Shown here: positions 35,044 to 45,300 of the stretch, one piece after another
Position numbering within the stretch: the stretch's first letter is position 1
How the letters are laid out: every line of letters starts with the position of its first letter
From: a virus
Direction: 5' to 3' (one strand)
IMG/VR virus record: IMGVR_UViG_3300020416_000001
Span: 1 to 64,000 of that record
Length of the DNA: 64,000 nucleotides
Program-made: the position numbers and the translations under genes
Notes under the pieces: model-generated
Database searches by the model: none
Told to the model about the DNA's origin: nothing
The model's input: the letters and a program-made list of their open reading frames with translations, nothing else

Positions 35044-35330
35044 GCATTGAATTCCCAAAAGATGAACAACCTATCCCAGGTGTACCAAAGTTCGAGACCT
35101 ATCAGGAAGAACTAGAGTGGCGCTTTGAGAAGATCTCAGAGTCAATCAAGAATCTGGCAGAAAGGTCAATGCAACACGAGACATTCCTGATGAGGGGTGC
35201 TGATATGATTCAGTACAAACCCCCAGGTGCGGATAAGCATCTAAACCTGACGCAGTTATTTGACGATCTGTATGGCAGACTAAATACCTTGGAGGAAAAA
35301 CTATCTCAACGTGAGCATATATCTGATTGA
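35040..35330 (+). CDS. hypothetical coiled-coil protein
   Basis: 96 aa, 'YKPP...LN..Q.FD.LY.RL' motif. Confidence 0.7.
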   Translation: MSIEFPKDEQPIPGVPKFETYQEELEWRFEKISESIKNLAERSMQHETFLMRGADMIQYKPPGADKHLNLTQLFDDLYGRLNTLEEKLSQREHISD

Positions 35331-38300
35331 GACGGGTCGTAGTTACGAGAATCCGATTGATTCTTTTGACTATCAACGTCTTTACACTACTGATGATCAC
35401 CCGTCCTTTTCAGGTACTGATGAGGATGGTTCTCCCTATGGACGTATTGAGATAGAAGGTGCAGGACCAGGGTCATATGCTTTCGGACGAGACGAGGTAT
35501 ATTACATTGGTATTCAGAATGAGACTTGTATAGCACACTGTGATGCAGAGAGACGAGAAGTCTATCGTTTCTACAGTGGTAGAAGAGAGGATCATACTTA
35601 TTGGTATGAGACTGCTATGCCTGACAAAGCACCTCAAAACCCACAACGATATAATAGAGAACCCCGAAACGGAATCTGGGCGTTCTATTTGATGAAAAAT
35701 TCCCAGACGGGATCGCAACCAGTATATCTGCACTATGATTCTTCAAACTTTAATTCTTATTTCTCTAGTTCTTCTAGTGGTTCTATAGAACTATTGGGAT
35801 ATATCTTTACATCTTCTAGTGCTCCTAGTGATGTATTGAATCCTAATGAACAAACAATACCTTTATATCACTATAGAAAGAATATAAACGGTCACTATGA
35901 TGATTTCTATACTGTAGATCCTGCCAATGAGGTCAATCTACAGACTGGTGTCCCAGGAGTTCCTGACCCTGCTAAACCATTCCAACAAGAATACCAGTAT
36001 GTTGGCATCTATGGGTATGTGCTTAGTGCATTTGCTCCTAGAAAGAAGAAAACTGTTATTGATACTGGTGGTCCACAGAACACTGGAGAGGTTGACCGCT
36101 CTAGTTGGTACAGTTACGGAAGTGGATATGATGAAGATGACTATAGAGATCAAACACTAACACCTGCACAACAAGGATGGGGTGATCCTAACAACGCAGA
36201 CATCATCTCAGGTGATGCAAACTTCGAATGGTACTTCGGTAAGAATGGTGCTGTCAAGTGTGCACTGCCTAGGTTCTTAGGATTCCACGATGCCTTTGAA
36301 GGGCAGTTTGTGTACTACTTGTATGACACAGAGAAACCTTTTAATGGTCCTGTGTTTGGTATCAACTTCACTACTACTGATGCACCTTGTTTTGATGGTG
36401 ATGATTATGGTGGTGTACAGACTCCTAACGTACAATACTACTCTGTTTACTATAAAATACGTGATGATGCGTGGCAAACACAGAAAACACGCTTAACTGT
36501 CTCTGCTCCTAACGCAGATAACATCGCTGACTCGTTCTGGGCAGTAGGAACGGACGATCAGATGGTGTTTTTCCGTTATACATCGTCAACTGGTGCGTTT
36601 TTAGTCGGAGAAACACTCAAAGGATGGTTAATTACCCAAGTTAGGTACTTTGGAGACGAACTTAGGTGCGGTTACATACGTTTGCAGCACAAAAAAGCAA
36701 GAAATGGACAGGAATTTAGTTACAATGAGGTAATTACGGCACAGGACGGTGCAACTGGACTCGTTTTGGCGGGTTATGGCATAAAAGACAAGGCAGCGTT
36801 CTTCGGAGTGTACGAATTTCCGAAAAGAATCTCATATTTTAAGATAAAAGTCGATAATAGAGCGTTAATACCAAAAAGAACGCTTGATGAAGCGATTATT
36901 GAGGCAACTATTGACGAACAGGGGCGTGTTGCGTCGGCAGAGATCATAAATGCAGGTCTAGGTTATATAAATCCCGATGTTATCGTGTCAGTTCCCGATG
37001 AATTCAAGGAAGAGGGGTTTGCAGACACCGCAGACAACGTTGTGGAGTCATTTGAGGACGGAAGGTTTGCAAAATACAATATTAACGTCGAAACTTCGGA
37101 TGAATTCAAAACTGCAGACAAGGCACCGCGTGCTTTGGGACGAAAACTGAGAGATGAGAAGTTTTTGACTGATGCAGGATTCGCAAGAGAGATCAGACAG
37201 GCAAAAGCACGTATTACACTGAATGAGCAAGGTGCTGTTAAGACTGTAACCATTACTGAGAAGGGAAAGGGTTACACACCTGGAGATAAGGTTGCAATTT
37301 ACGTTGTGGAGCGAGAAATCGAGGTTAGAGCGGATGAATTCATTGGTGATCCTATGAAAGGGGTAACTGAGAAGATGAATAACACATTTTCCGACCCAGA
37401 TATGCCTATGGCGGATACTCCTGCATATATTCTCAATGAAAACGGTGATAAAGTCGAAGTTTCGACTAATACACTGTTTGATGAGGGTCTAGGAACGTAT
37501 AATAGCGTAGTTGGTGAGTTTGATCACACTGTTGAGACAAATATAGTCACTTCTTACATCGAAGCACACGATAAGAGCGATACTGAGAAGATGAAGTTCT
37601 GTAAAGATGTGCTTCCTGTCAAGTGTTTAGATCTAGGAATCGGTGGTGAGTGGCATAATTTAAGAAATTACATCAATCCATCAGAAATTTTCTCTTCTGC
37701 AAAGCAGTATAATCCTAACTTGGAGAAGGAAGAGGAGGAACTTGCACGTATTGTTGCAGAAGGAGAGGAAACATCACAGATAATCAACAACAGAATGAAC
37801 AATGGGATGGTTGGATTCCTCGGTGGAGACTGTCTTGAGGTATCTCAGTCAACACTTTACGGTGTTAGACGCTTCTTTGACATACCTTGTCCCTATACTG
37901 AGTTGGGTAAAGACGGTGTTTCACGAACTTTTGGTTATTTGCCGTACAAATATTGCGGATCTGACAGAGAAAGTGCACAAATTAGGGTAACAATGGAGGT
38001 AGAAGGTAATGTAATTAAGAAAGGAGAGGCAATAAACACTGATTTTATTGATTTTCTGAAGACATTACCCAAACCAACCCTTACTAGACCGCGCCCAACC
38101 ACAAATACCAGTGGAAAATCGCACGCTTGTAAGCGAGGAAGCAATGTAGAGGGTAAATGTTACTCAACTGGCAAAGGTCAATACACATTTGTGCCTGATT
38201 CTGGGGATGAAAACACGTTTGACTTCTACGGTACTGAGTTAGAGCAGTTAGAAACGTGGTTAGGTGCAGGTAATTTCACTGGATACGGTGCAGGAACTGC

Positions 38301-38742
38301 AACATACACTGTGACAGACCCTAATACTGGTACATCTGTTCCTTATACTGAGAATTACAACACGATTCAGATCGTAGCGTGCAGTGGAGGTAAGTTCCCT
38401 AACCCGTGTTGGCACAATTTTGTCACAGATGGTGTACTTGATGTGTACAATGCATACGATAGTTCGGGAAATGCTTCCGTAACTTGGGGTGCAAATATGT
38501 GTACGTCACCTCCATTCAATAATTACCTCTTGAGTTGTGAAGCATTGAGGAGTGTTATCTTCTCAACCATCGCATTTGACCCAGGTGCGATCTCAGATGT
38601 TGACAATAACATTGAACTTGCTCCTATTGGGGGAAGATTGAACTATACAAACTACTTGACTGGCGCAACTATCCTCCTTGATAGATCGCTAGATAGATTT
38701 GGGAACCCATATTTCGAAGAATGTGACTTGGAGACCTACTAA
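35311..38742 (+). CDS. large Cys-rich virion structural protein (baseplate region)
   Basis: 1143 aa, GTG start, TAAATA at 35281. 'VYRFY...DH' / 'PLYHY...FYT' repeats and 'G.GY..P' repeats; lies just before the PAAR gene. Confidence 0.7.
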   Translation: MSIYLIETGRSYENPIDSFDYQRLYTTDDHPSFSGTDEDGSPYGRIEIEGAGPGSYAFGRDEVYYIGIQNETCIAHCDAERREVYRFYSGRREDHTYWYETAMPDKAPQNPQRYNREPRNGIWAFYLMKNSQTGSQPVYLHYDSSNFNSYFSSSSSGSIELLGYIFTSSSAPSDVLNPNEQTIPLYHYRKNINGHYDDFYTVDPANEVNLQTGVPGVPDPAKPFQQEYQYVGIYGYVLSAFAPRKKKTVIDTGGPQNTGEVDRSSWYSYGSGYDEDDYRDQTLTPAQQGWGDPNNADIISGDANFEWYFGKNGAVKCALPRFLGFHDAFEGQFVYYLYDTEKPFNGPVFGINFTTTDAPCFDGDDYGGVQTPNVQYYSVYYKIRDDAWQTQKTRLTVSAPNADNIADSFWAVGTDDQMVFFRYTSSTGAFLVGETLKGWLITQVRYFGDELRCGYIRLQHKKARNGQEFSYNEVITAQDGATGLVLAGYGIKDKAAFFGVYEFPKRISYFKIKVDNRALIPKRTLDEAIIEATIDEQGRVASAEIINAGLGYINPDVIVSVPDEFKEEGFADTADNVVESFEDGRFAKYNINVETSDEFKTADKAPRALGRKLRDEKFLTDAGFAREIRQAKARITLNEQGAVKTVTITEKGKGYTPGDKVAIYVVEREIEVRADEFIGDPMKGVTEKMNNTFSDPDMPMADTPAYILNENGDKVEVSTNTLFDEGLGTYNSVVGEFDHTVETNIVTSYIEAHDKSDTEKMKFCKDVLPVKCLDLGIGGEWHNLRNYINPSEIFSSAKQYNPNLEKEEEELARIVAEGEETSQIINNRMNNGMVGFLGGDCLEVSQSTLYGVRRFFDIPCPYTELGKDGVSRTFGYLPYKYCGSDRESAQIRVTMEVEGNVIKKGEAINTDFIDFLKTLPKPTLTRPRPTTNTSGKSHACKRGSNVEGKCYSTGKGQYTFVPDSGDENTFDFYGTELEQLETWLGAGNFTGYGAGTATYTVTDPNTGTSVPYTENYNTIQIVACSGGKFPNPCWHNFVTDGVLDVYNAYDSSGNASVTWGANMCTSPPFNNYLLSCEALRSVIFSTIAFDPGAISDVDNNIELAPIGGRLNYTNYLTGATILLDRSLDRFGNPYFEECDLETY

Positions 38743-39284
38743 TGGCACTAGGATTAGCAAAACCAGTAGCAAATCATAACGGTTTGCCCTGTACAGGACA
38801 CGGAATACCCATTCCGTCAACAATACACTCAACACAATCGTGTGGAACACCACCGATTAGGTTAGGAATTGTGATGAAAAACAAAACTTGTCTGTGGCCA
38901 CCCACGCCTTTAGTCTCTTTGACTGGTCTAAATCCCTTCAGAGCGATGGTTGTGGTCAATAAAATACCTATAATGATCAAAGGTGATGTGTTCACTCCTC
39001 ATTCGTCACCAACAACTAACATTATTAACTATTTGTGTCCTTGTGGTAAGGCAACCTGTATCATTCCTACTCCAACAATTTGCTCCCTACTGACTGCTGA
39101 AGATATTACAGGTGGTCATCCTAGGGTTCTTGATACTGGGTTCTACCAGTCTGTGAGAGCGTTTAAGATACCCATAGGTAGATTGGGTGATAACTTAGGT
39201 AAAGGCAGTCTACCGCCCGTCAGCATAGGGTATCCGTGTATGTCTAAGATTGCATACGGATCACCTAATGTCCTTGCGGGATAA
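38742..39284 (+). CDS. PAAR-like spike-tip protein with Cys-rich insertions
   Basis: CTGHG, V.VN.IP, GHPR, IGRLGD, C...IA.GSPNV.AG. Confidence 0.75.
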   Translation: MALGLAKPVANHNGLPCTGHGIPIPSTIHSTQSCGTPPIRLGIVMKNKTCLWPPTPLVSLTGLNPFRAMVVVNKIPIMIKGDVFTPHSSPTTNIINYLCPCGKATCIIPTPTICSLLTAEDITGGHPRVLDTGFYQSVRAFKIPIGRLGDNLGKGSLPPVSIGYPCMSKIAYGSPNVLAG

Positions 39285-39321
39285 GTATGCTATAATTTTC
39301 GAGTAGTTTGATTACTCTCTA

Positions 39322-39468
39322 ATGGCAAAGGCAAAAGTCGGTCTCGGTGGAGGCGTCTTTATCCAAGCAATTCCAAAGAGCACCCGTCAAGGAAACGGGA
39401 AAAACACAAAATACTCGGCAACATCTAGGAATGGTGCTAAGAAAAAATATCGAGGACAAGGTAAATGA
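39322..39468 (+). CDS. small basic protein (48 aa, not in track)
   Basis: MAKAK...PKSTRQGNGKNTKYSATSRNGAKKKYRGQGK*; extended -10 TGcTATAAT at 39288-39296. Confidence 0.75.
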   Translation: MAKAKVGLGGGVFIQAIPKSTRQGNGKNTKYSATSRNGAKKKYRGQGK

Positions 39469-39635
39469 GACCAGAGACCAGACACGCAATGGAGATGCTA
39501 TGGGGGGCAAAATGGAACTTGCCAACTGCAGCACTCCACTGTGGTCTAACAAACAAAGAAATGAAAATCACTTTCAATGAATATTGTGCCCTTCACCCCC
39601 CAACGGAGGAATATGAGTTCGAAAGGTCTAAATAA
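39465..39635 (+). CDS. small HTH-like protein (56 aa, not in track)
   Basis: MEMLWGAKWNLPTAALHCGLTNKEMKITFNEYC; ATGA overlap with the previous gene. Confidence 0.7.
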   Translation: MRPETRHAMEMLWGAKWNLPTAALHCGLTNKEMKITFNEYCALHPPTEEYEFERSK

Positions 39636-39693
39636 TAACAGCAGCGATAGGAACCGCTCTAAAAGTTCTTCTTTACAAACGGAGGAACGACCA

Positions 39694-39843
39694 ATGGTAC
39701 AAGTTGACAGAGCACAGTGGTTCATCGATTCTGGTATGGTTTTAGTGACTGATCCTGTTGCTGATAAATACCTAAAACAAGTCCCAAAATCGAAGGATGG
39801 CGTACAGGTTCAAAGCAGACAAGAATCTAAGCAGACAGTTTAG
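39694..39843 (+). CDS. small hypothetical protein
   Basis: ATG 39694 with GGAGG SD; VDR...FIDSGM.L.TDP..DKYL. Confidence 0.65.
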   Translation: MVQVDRAQWFIDSGMVLVTDPVADKYLKQVPKSKDGVQVQSRQESKQTV

Positions 39844-40204
39844 AGATTTTGGTATTGGGATGAAAGCAAATCCCAATACTGAAGACTTTTCTGTTGTGAA
39901 GAATGAAAACGCAATCAAACAAGCAATGAAAAACCTGCTGCTGACGCAGTTTGGTGAAAGACCTTTTCAACCCAATACAGGATCACGTGTAAGGGGAATG
40001 CTGTTTGAGAATTTCGATGTCTTTATGATTGAGGGTCTAACTGACGAGATTAAGAACACTCTTCGTCGGTTAGAACCTCGTATTATTGTTAATGACGTTC
40101 GAACTGTAATAGAAGACAGAAACGAACTAGCAGTGGAAATTGATTACACTATTGTCGGTCAGACACTTGTTCAAACTGTTGACTTTCTATTAGAAAAGGC
40201 GTAA
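39797..40204 (+). CDS. gp25: baseplate wedge subunit gp25
   Basis: NENAIKQAMKNLLLT..GERPFQP..GS...LFE and EPR motifs. Confidence 0.92.
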   Translation: MAYRFKADKNLSRQFRDFGIGMKANPNTEDFSVVKNENAIKQAMKNLLLTQFGERPFQPNTGSRVRGMLFENFDVFMIEGLTDEIKNTLRRLEPRIIVNDVRTVIEDRNELAVEIDYTIVGQTLVQTVDFLLEKA

Positions 40205-40207
40205 AAA

Positions 40208-42292
40208 ATGGCAGCAATTCCCTCAAATCTAACATCATTAGATTTTTCCGAAATAAGAGAATCTATTAGATCATATCTGCGAACCAGAGACGAGTTTACG
40301 GATTATGACTTCGATGGTTCCGCTGCGTCCTATCTTTTGGATGTATTATCATATAACACGTACTATGCTGCGTTCAACGCTAATATGGCGATGAATGAAG
40401 CGTTCTTGGAGTCTGCAACTGTTAGAGACAACGTTGTAAAGATTGCCAAGCAACTTAATTACACTCCTAGATCTATCAAAGCGTCAAAAGCGTGTGTTAG
40501 GTTTAGTGTACAGACAGCACTTCTAGGTGACAACACATCTTACCCAACACAGGTAACTCTTCATAGCGGTGATGTGTTTGTGTCCACAACTAACGGTGAT
40601 GCATATACATTTACTCTACCTAATGACATCAGAGCAACTGTAAACCAATCTGACGGTGTTGCTACGTTTGATAAGGTTATCATCTATCAGGGTAACACTC
40701 TTGAGTTCCAATATACAGTCGATGACGTCAATAAGAGAGAATATCTAGTTCCTGCAGAGAATGTTGACACAGAACTCCTCAGCGTGTCAATTTCTCCCAA
40801 TGCACAGTCAACAGAAATCGATACTTACAATCTAGTACAGAATATTGTAGATGTAGACGGAACTACTCGTGGTTACTTCTTAGAAGAGACTGATGATCTA
40901 CGTTACAACGTCATTTTCGGTGATGGCGTCATTTGTCGTAGATTGATCTCTGGTGAGGTCATCCGTTTGAAGTATGTTCGCACTGACGGTCCAGAAGCGA
41001 ACGGATGTAAGCGTTTTAACTTCATTGGTAGAGTTCAAGACAGCGAAGGTCGTTTTATCAACAACGCAAGCATCTCTCTAGTGACCATAGACGGGTCACA
41101 GGATGGTGAAGCGTTAGAAACTACCTTGAGCATCAAATATAACGCTCCTAGGGCGTTTAACAGTCAGAACAGAGCGGTTACTGAGTCAGATTACGAATAC
41201 ATCACTAAAAAGGTGTATCCTCAGGCAAGATCTGTAACTGCTTATGGTGGAGAGCGTCTTAATCCTCCTGTTTACGGAAAAGTGTATGTTGCAATCCGTA
41301 CGAAGTCTGGTGCAACGTTGAATACCACAACTAAGAAGCGTATCAAGAATAATTTGCAGAAATATGCGATTGCTGCTATTGAACCAGTAATTATCGATCC
41401 TATTTCACTCTATATCAGACCTAAGACTTGGGCGTTCTTTGATGGTACTAAAACTGCGTTGTCTAACAACGAAGTTGCAACAACTATCCTTGGATCTATC
41501 GATCAGTATAACCAACAAGGTTCTGCTGCAAGATTCAATGGACGTATTGACATCTCTGCATATCAGAGAATGATTGATGATGCTGATCCTGCGATTAGCG
41601 GTAACATCACTCATATGACACTCGGTATGAATGTGGAAGGATTTGAATTTGGTCAAACCTTCTCACAATGTGTTGACTTTGAGAATGAGATTGAGAATCC
41701 TAATGACCTGTCTGGTGGTGCTAAGAATGACACTGGATCTGGTGGCACAGGAACTTGTTTACCTAAGTTCTCAAGTGTGAAATCGGGAACATTCTATGCA
41801 ACTGGATATTCTGAGAATTTACTTGCTATCCAAGGCACAGAATCTAACTCAATTTCTGCTACATCATTCATTGATGGAGATACATCAGCACTCCTACCTG
41901 TAAACATCCGTGATGATGGTTATGGGAACTTGATTATGGTTACCAAGCAAGATGAGAAGGAAGTTGTACTCAAATCCTCAGTGGGGACTGTGGATTACAA
42001 GAGTGGACTTGTTTGTGTCGGTCCTATCGATGTAGATTCTACACCTGATGGAACAAACCGTATCCCTGTAACGGTGATTCCTAAATCACCAAATATCAAC
42101 GTAGGTTCTGGCGTTGACCCAACAATCTTTAACCCGATTGTAACAACCGTTGACTACACTATTGACGGCAGCAATATTGGTGCATTTGATCCATTTGACT
42201 TTACTGCAATCAACTTTGACGGAACTCCACTAAATATCATTGACTATCCAACAACAGTATTCGAACTTCCTGAGTTCAACTCCTGTTTCTAA
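40208..42292 (+). CDS. gp6: baseplate wedge subunit gp6
   Basis: LDF..I...YL..F.DYDFDGS..LLDVLSYNT, NEAFLESA..R, FGDG, QNRAVT..DY, YGKVY. Confidence 0.93.
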   Translation: MAAIPSNLTSLDFSEIRESIRSYLRTRDEFTDYDFDGSAASYLLDVLSYNTYYAAFNANMAMNEAFLESATVRDNVVKIAKQLNYTPRSIKASKACVRFSVQTALLGDNTSYPTQVTLHSGDVFVSTTNGDAYTFTLPNDIRATVNQSDGVATFDKVIIYQGNTLEFQYTVDDVNKREYLVPAENVDTELLSVSISPNAQSTEIDTYNLVQNIVDVDGTTRGYFLEETDDLRYNVIFGDGVICRRLISGEVIRLKYVRTDGPEANGCKRFNFIGRVQDSEGRFINNASISLVTIDGSQDGEALETTLSIKYNAPRAFNSQNRAVTESDYEYITKKVYPQARSVTAYGGERLNPPVYGKVYVAIRTKSGATLNTTTKKRIKNNLQKYAIAAIEPVIIDPISLYIRPKTWAFFDGTKTALSNNEVATTILGSIDQYNQQGSAARFNGRIDISAYQRMIDDADPAISGNITHMTLGMNVEGFEFGQTFSQCVDFENEIENPNDLSGGAKNDTGSGGTGTCLPKFSSVKSGTFYATGYSENLLAIQGTESNSISATSFIDGDTSALLPVNIRDDGYGNLIMVTKQDEKEVVLKSSVGTVDYKSGLVCVGPIDVDSTPDGTNRIPVTVIPKSPNINVGSGVDPTIFNPIVTTVDYTIDGSNIGAFDPFDFTAINFDGTPLNIIDYPTTVFELPEFNSCF

Positions 42293-42310
42293 GACCGCCG
42301 TAGTTAAAAA

Positions 42311-45300
42311 ATGGTTGCACATAACACAGCAATTCAGGTCTCCCAGAGACTGAACAGTCAGATTCCTGCGTTTATCAAGGAAGATCACGACCAGTTCGTC
42401 AACTTGCTGACAGAGTATTACAAGTCACAAGAGAAATCGGGTCGCCCATACGATGTTCTAAACAGCATCTTATCGTATATCGACATCGGATCAGGTGAAT
42501 TTGATCCTAATTTCTTGTCATCAGAGTCTGCTGTGTTGGAGGCGGTCAATCCTACACAGAATAAGATCGTTGCTGAGAATGTAAACTACTTCTTAGAGAA
42601 GGATGGTACGCTAAAGATTGATGATGAAGTTTTATATTATGAGTCTGTAACACATTCCCCTGACATCGTTTTCACTCCTGGGGTCAACAAACAAGAATTT
42701 GACAGAAAGATACAAGAATTCGAACCAATCAATAATCAGTTTGATAGTTCAAAGACAGAATTTAACTTAAGATTACTCGGTAGACCAGTTACACCTCAGT
42801 CTTCCAATCATCTTTTGGTGATTGTAAATGGCGATTTTATGTTCCCTGACAGGGATTACTTTGTTGAGGGTGACAGGATACGCTTTGTAAACCCTCCTGC
42901 AGCGACTACAGGGGCGTTGACAGGTGCTATCAATACCATTCGTTACCTTATCGGTTACACAAGCGTTCCAGTGCGTTCTCTGGACACCATCACAGTTGAT
43001 GCTGATGCAAAAGAATTTCATCTAAAATTAAATACTCAACCATACACTCCTCTTTCAACAGTTTCTTCAATCGTTGTTGTTAACAGAGTTGAGAAAAGAC
43101 CGTTCGAAGACTTCACAGTTTTTAACGATAAACTCATATTCAAGCAGGATGTATCACAAAATGCTACAATCGACGTAAGATCTGTCGAACTGATCGCTCC
43201 TGAATTTGGTTCAGGTGCTGCAGCAGTCTCCCAAATCGAAGGTGGATCTGTTAGTGACATCCTTGTAAAGAATGGTGGTCAAGGTTATAGAGTAAGTTTT
43301 GCTCCTAGAATCACTATTCAGTCAAATAAAGGTCCTGGTGAGGGTGCAACTGCGGAAGCACTCGTAAATGGCATCAAGAATACTCAACTCTTGTTCCCAG
43401 GTCAAGGATATTCATCTAACAATCCTCCTATCGTAGTTGTGGATGATCCTGCTGATTCAGAAGGCAGTAGAGCACAAATTACAGCAATCGTATCTGATGA
43501 AATCGAAGGAGTCTCGGAACTGCGTGTTACATCGTCTGGATCTGGATATGACCGCATTCCTTCAATTAAGTTTGTTAATCCTGGTGGTGCTACTATCACC
43601 GATCCTGTCGTCGAAGGAGGATCAATCAAAACAGGATCAATCTCAGTCATAGACAGGGGTTCAGGGTATTCATCTCCACCTTTGGTGTATATGGATCCTC
43701 CTACTGGAGATAATGCTATCAATGCTACTGCTATTGCAGTTCTTGATGATGACGGTAGGGTTGAACGTATTGACATCATTTCTAACGGTCAAGGATATGA
43801 AGGTGCTATCAGGGCAAGAATTGTTGACCCTGTTGGTGCACAGATCCTTGATGTGTCTTGTACTGGTGGTAGAGTTACTAATATTGAACTACTGACTGGT
43901 GGTAAGGGATACACAGATGCACCTTCTGTGTATATCGTTGATAATAGAAAGGACACTAATGGTCAACCTATTGGTGGTGAGGGTGCAACAGCAGTTGCTA
44001 CCATCTTCAACGGTGAGATCACTGACATCAATATCACTAGTTTCGGTAACGGATACTCTGATACTGAACCTCCTAAGGTCTTTATCGCTGCTCCTCCTGT
44101 ACCTGAGGCGTCTTGTGACGTTGGTTTTGGAGAGATTACTGGTTTCACTATCCACAGTGACGGATCAGGATACGAACCTTCAGCATTTACTGGAGTAAAG
44201 CGCGGAGTTTCTGGTGTTACATCATTTGACCAGAAAGGTCATCAAATTTACAGCAAAGAATCCAGTCTGGTACAGAGTTCTCACGCTAAGGGAGCAGTTA
44301 TTCATAATCTGGATAATCTTTTTGCTAAAGAATTATACAGAAGATTTGTAAATCAATATCTTCCTAATGCGGAAATTGACTACACAAAAGTCAACGCTCC
44401 GCAGATTATCAAGACTATTTCGGATTTCTACGCATCTAAAGGTACGAAGATCTCTACACAGTACCTCTTTAAGATACTTTACTCCGAAAATGTCGATGTT
44501 TCTTATCCTAAGGATGAGGTTATCAAACCATCTGCTGCAACTTGGAACGTAGATACGGTTCTAAGAGCAGAACTTTTAGAAGGATCTCCTGAGAATCTAC
44601 TCGACTCACAGTTGATTCAGTACATTGACGACGTTGATGTTAACGTTAGAGGTGCATCTGCACTGGTTGAGAACGTTATTGCGATCAATACTGGTGTTGG
44701 TACGGTGTATGAACTTGCAATTTCTGAAGAAACACTGCAGGGTGCATTTACAATTCCATATAAGACCACACTGGTTGAGGAACTTTCTACTACAGAGTCT
44801 ATTATTACAGTTGACTCTACGATTGGTTGGCCAGAGAGAAATGGTACAATCCGCATCAATGACGATGAAGTTGTACAGTACAAAGAGAAAACACTGAACC
44901 AGTTCATCGAATGTACTCGTTCTAAGAACGGTGTAGTCGAAGATTGGGACGCAGGTACTATTGTTCACTCTGACATCTTCGTTTATGTCAACCGTGGCAC
45001 TGATACTGAGTGTAAGTTGCGTGTTCTTGGTATTGCTGATGCAGAATCTACAGTTCTATCTGATAACGGTTCATATTACCTCCCTGGAGATAAACTAAAC
45101 GTTGCATCACTTGGTTCTACAACTAACGACAAGAGAATCACCTCTTGGTTGTACAACGTTAAGAAACTAATCAATATTACTCAGATCATCCCTGGTGGTC
45201 TCAATAATCAGACTGCAACTGTTACCTGCTCTAATAATCACGGTCTGTTGGTTGGTGACACTGTTACCATCTACGGTGCGAACCCAACTGTGTTCAACGG

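Noticed and set aside
39347-39580. 77-aa track ORF
   Set aside because: The region is better explained by two coupled ORFs in other frames (39322-39468, 39465-39635).
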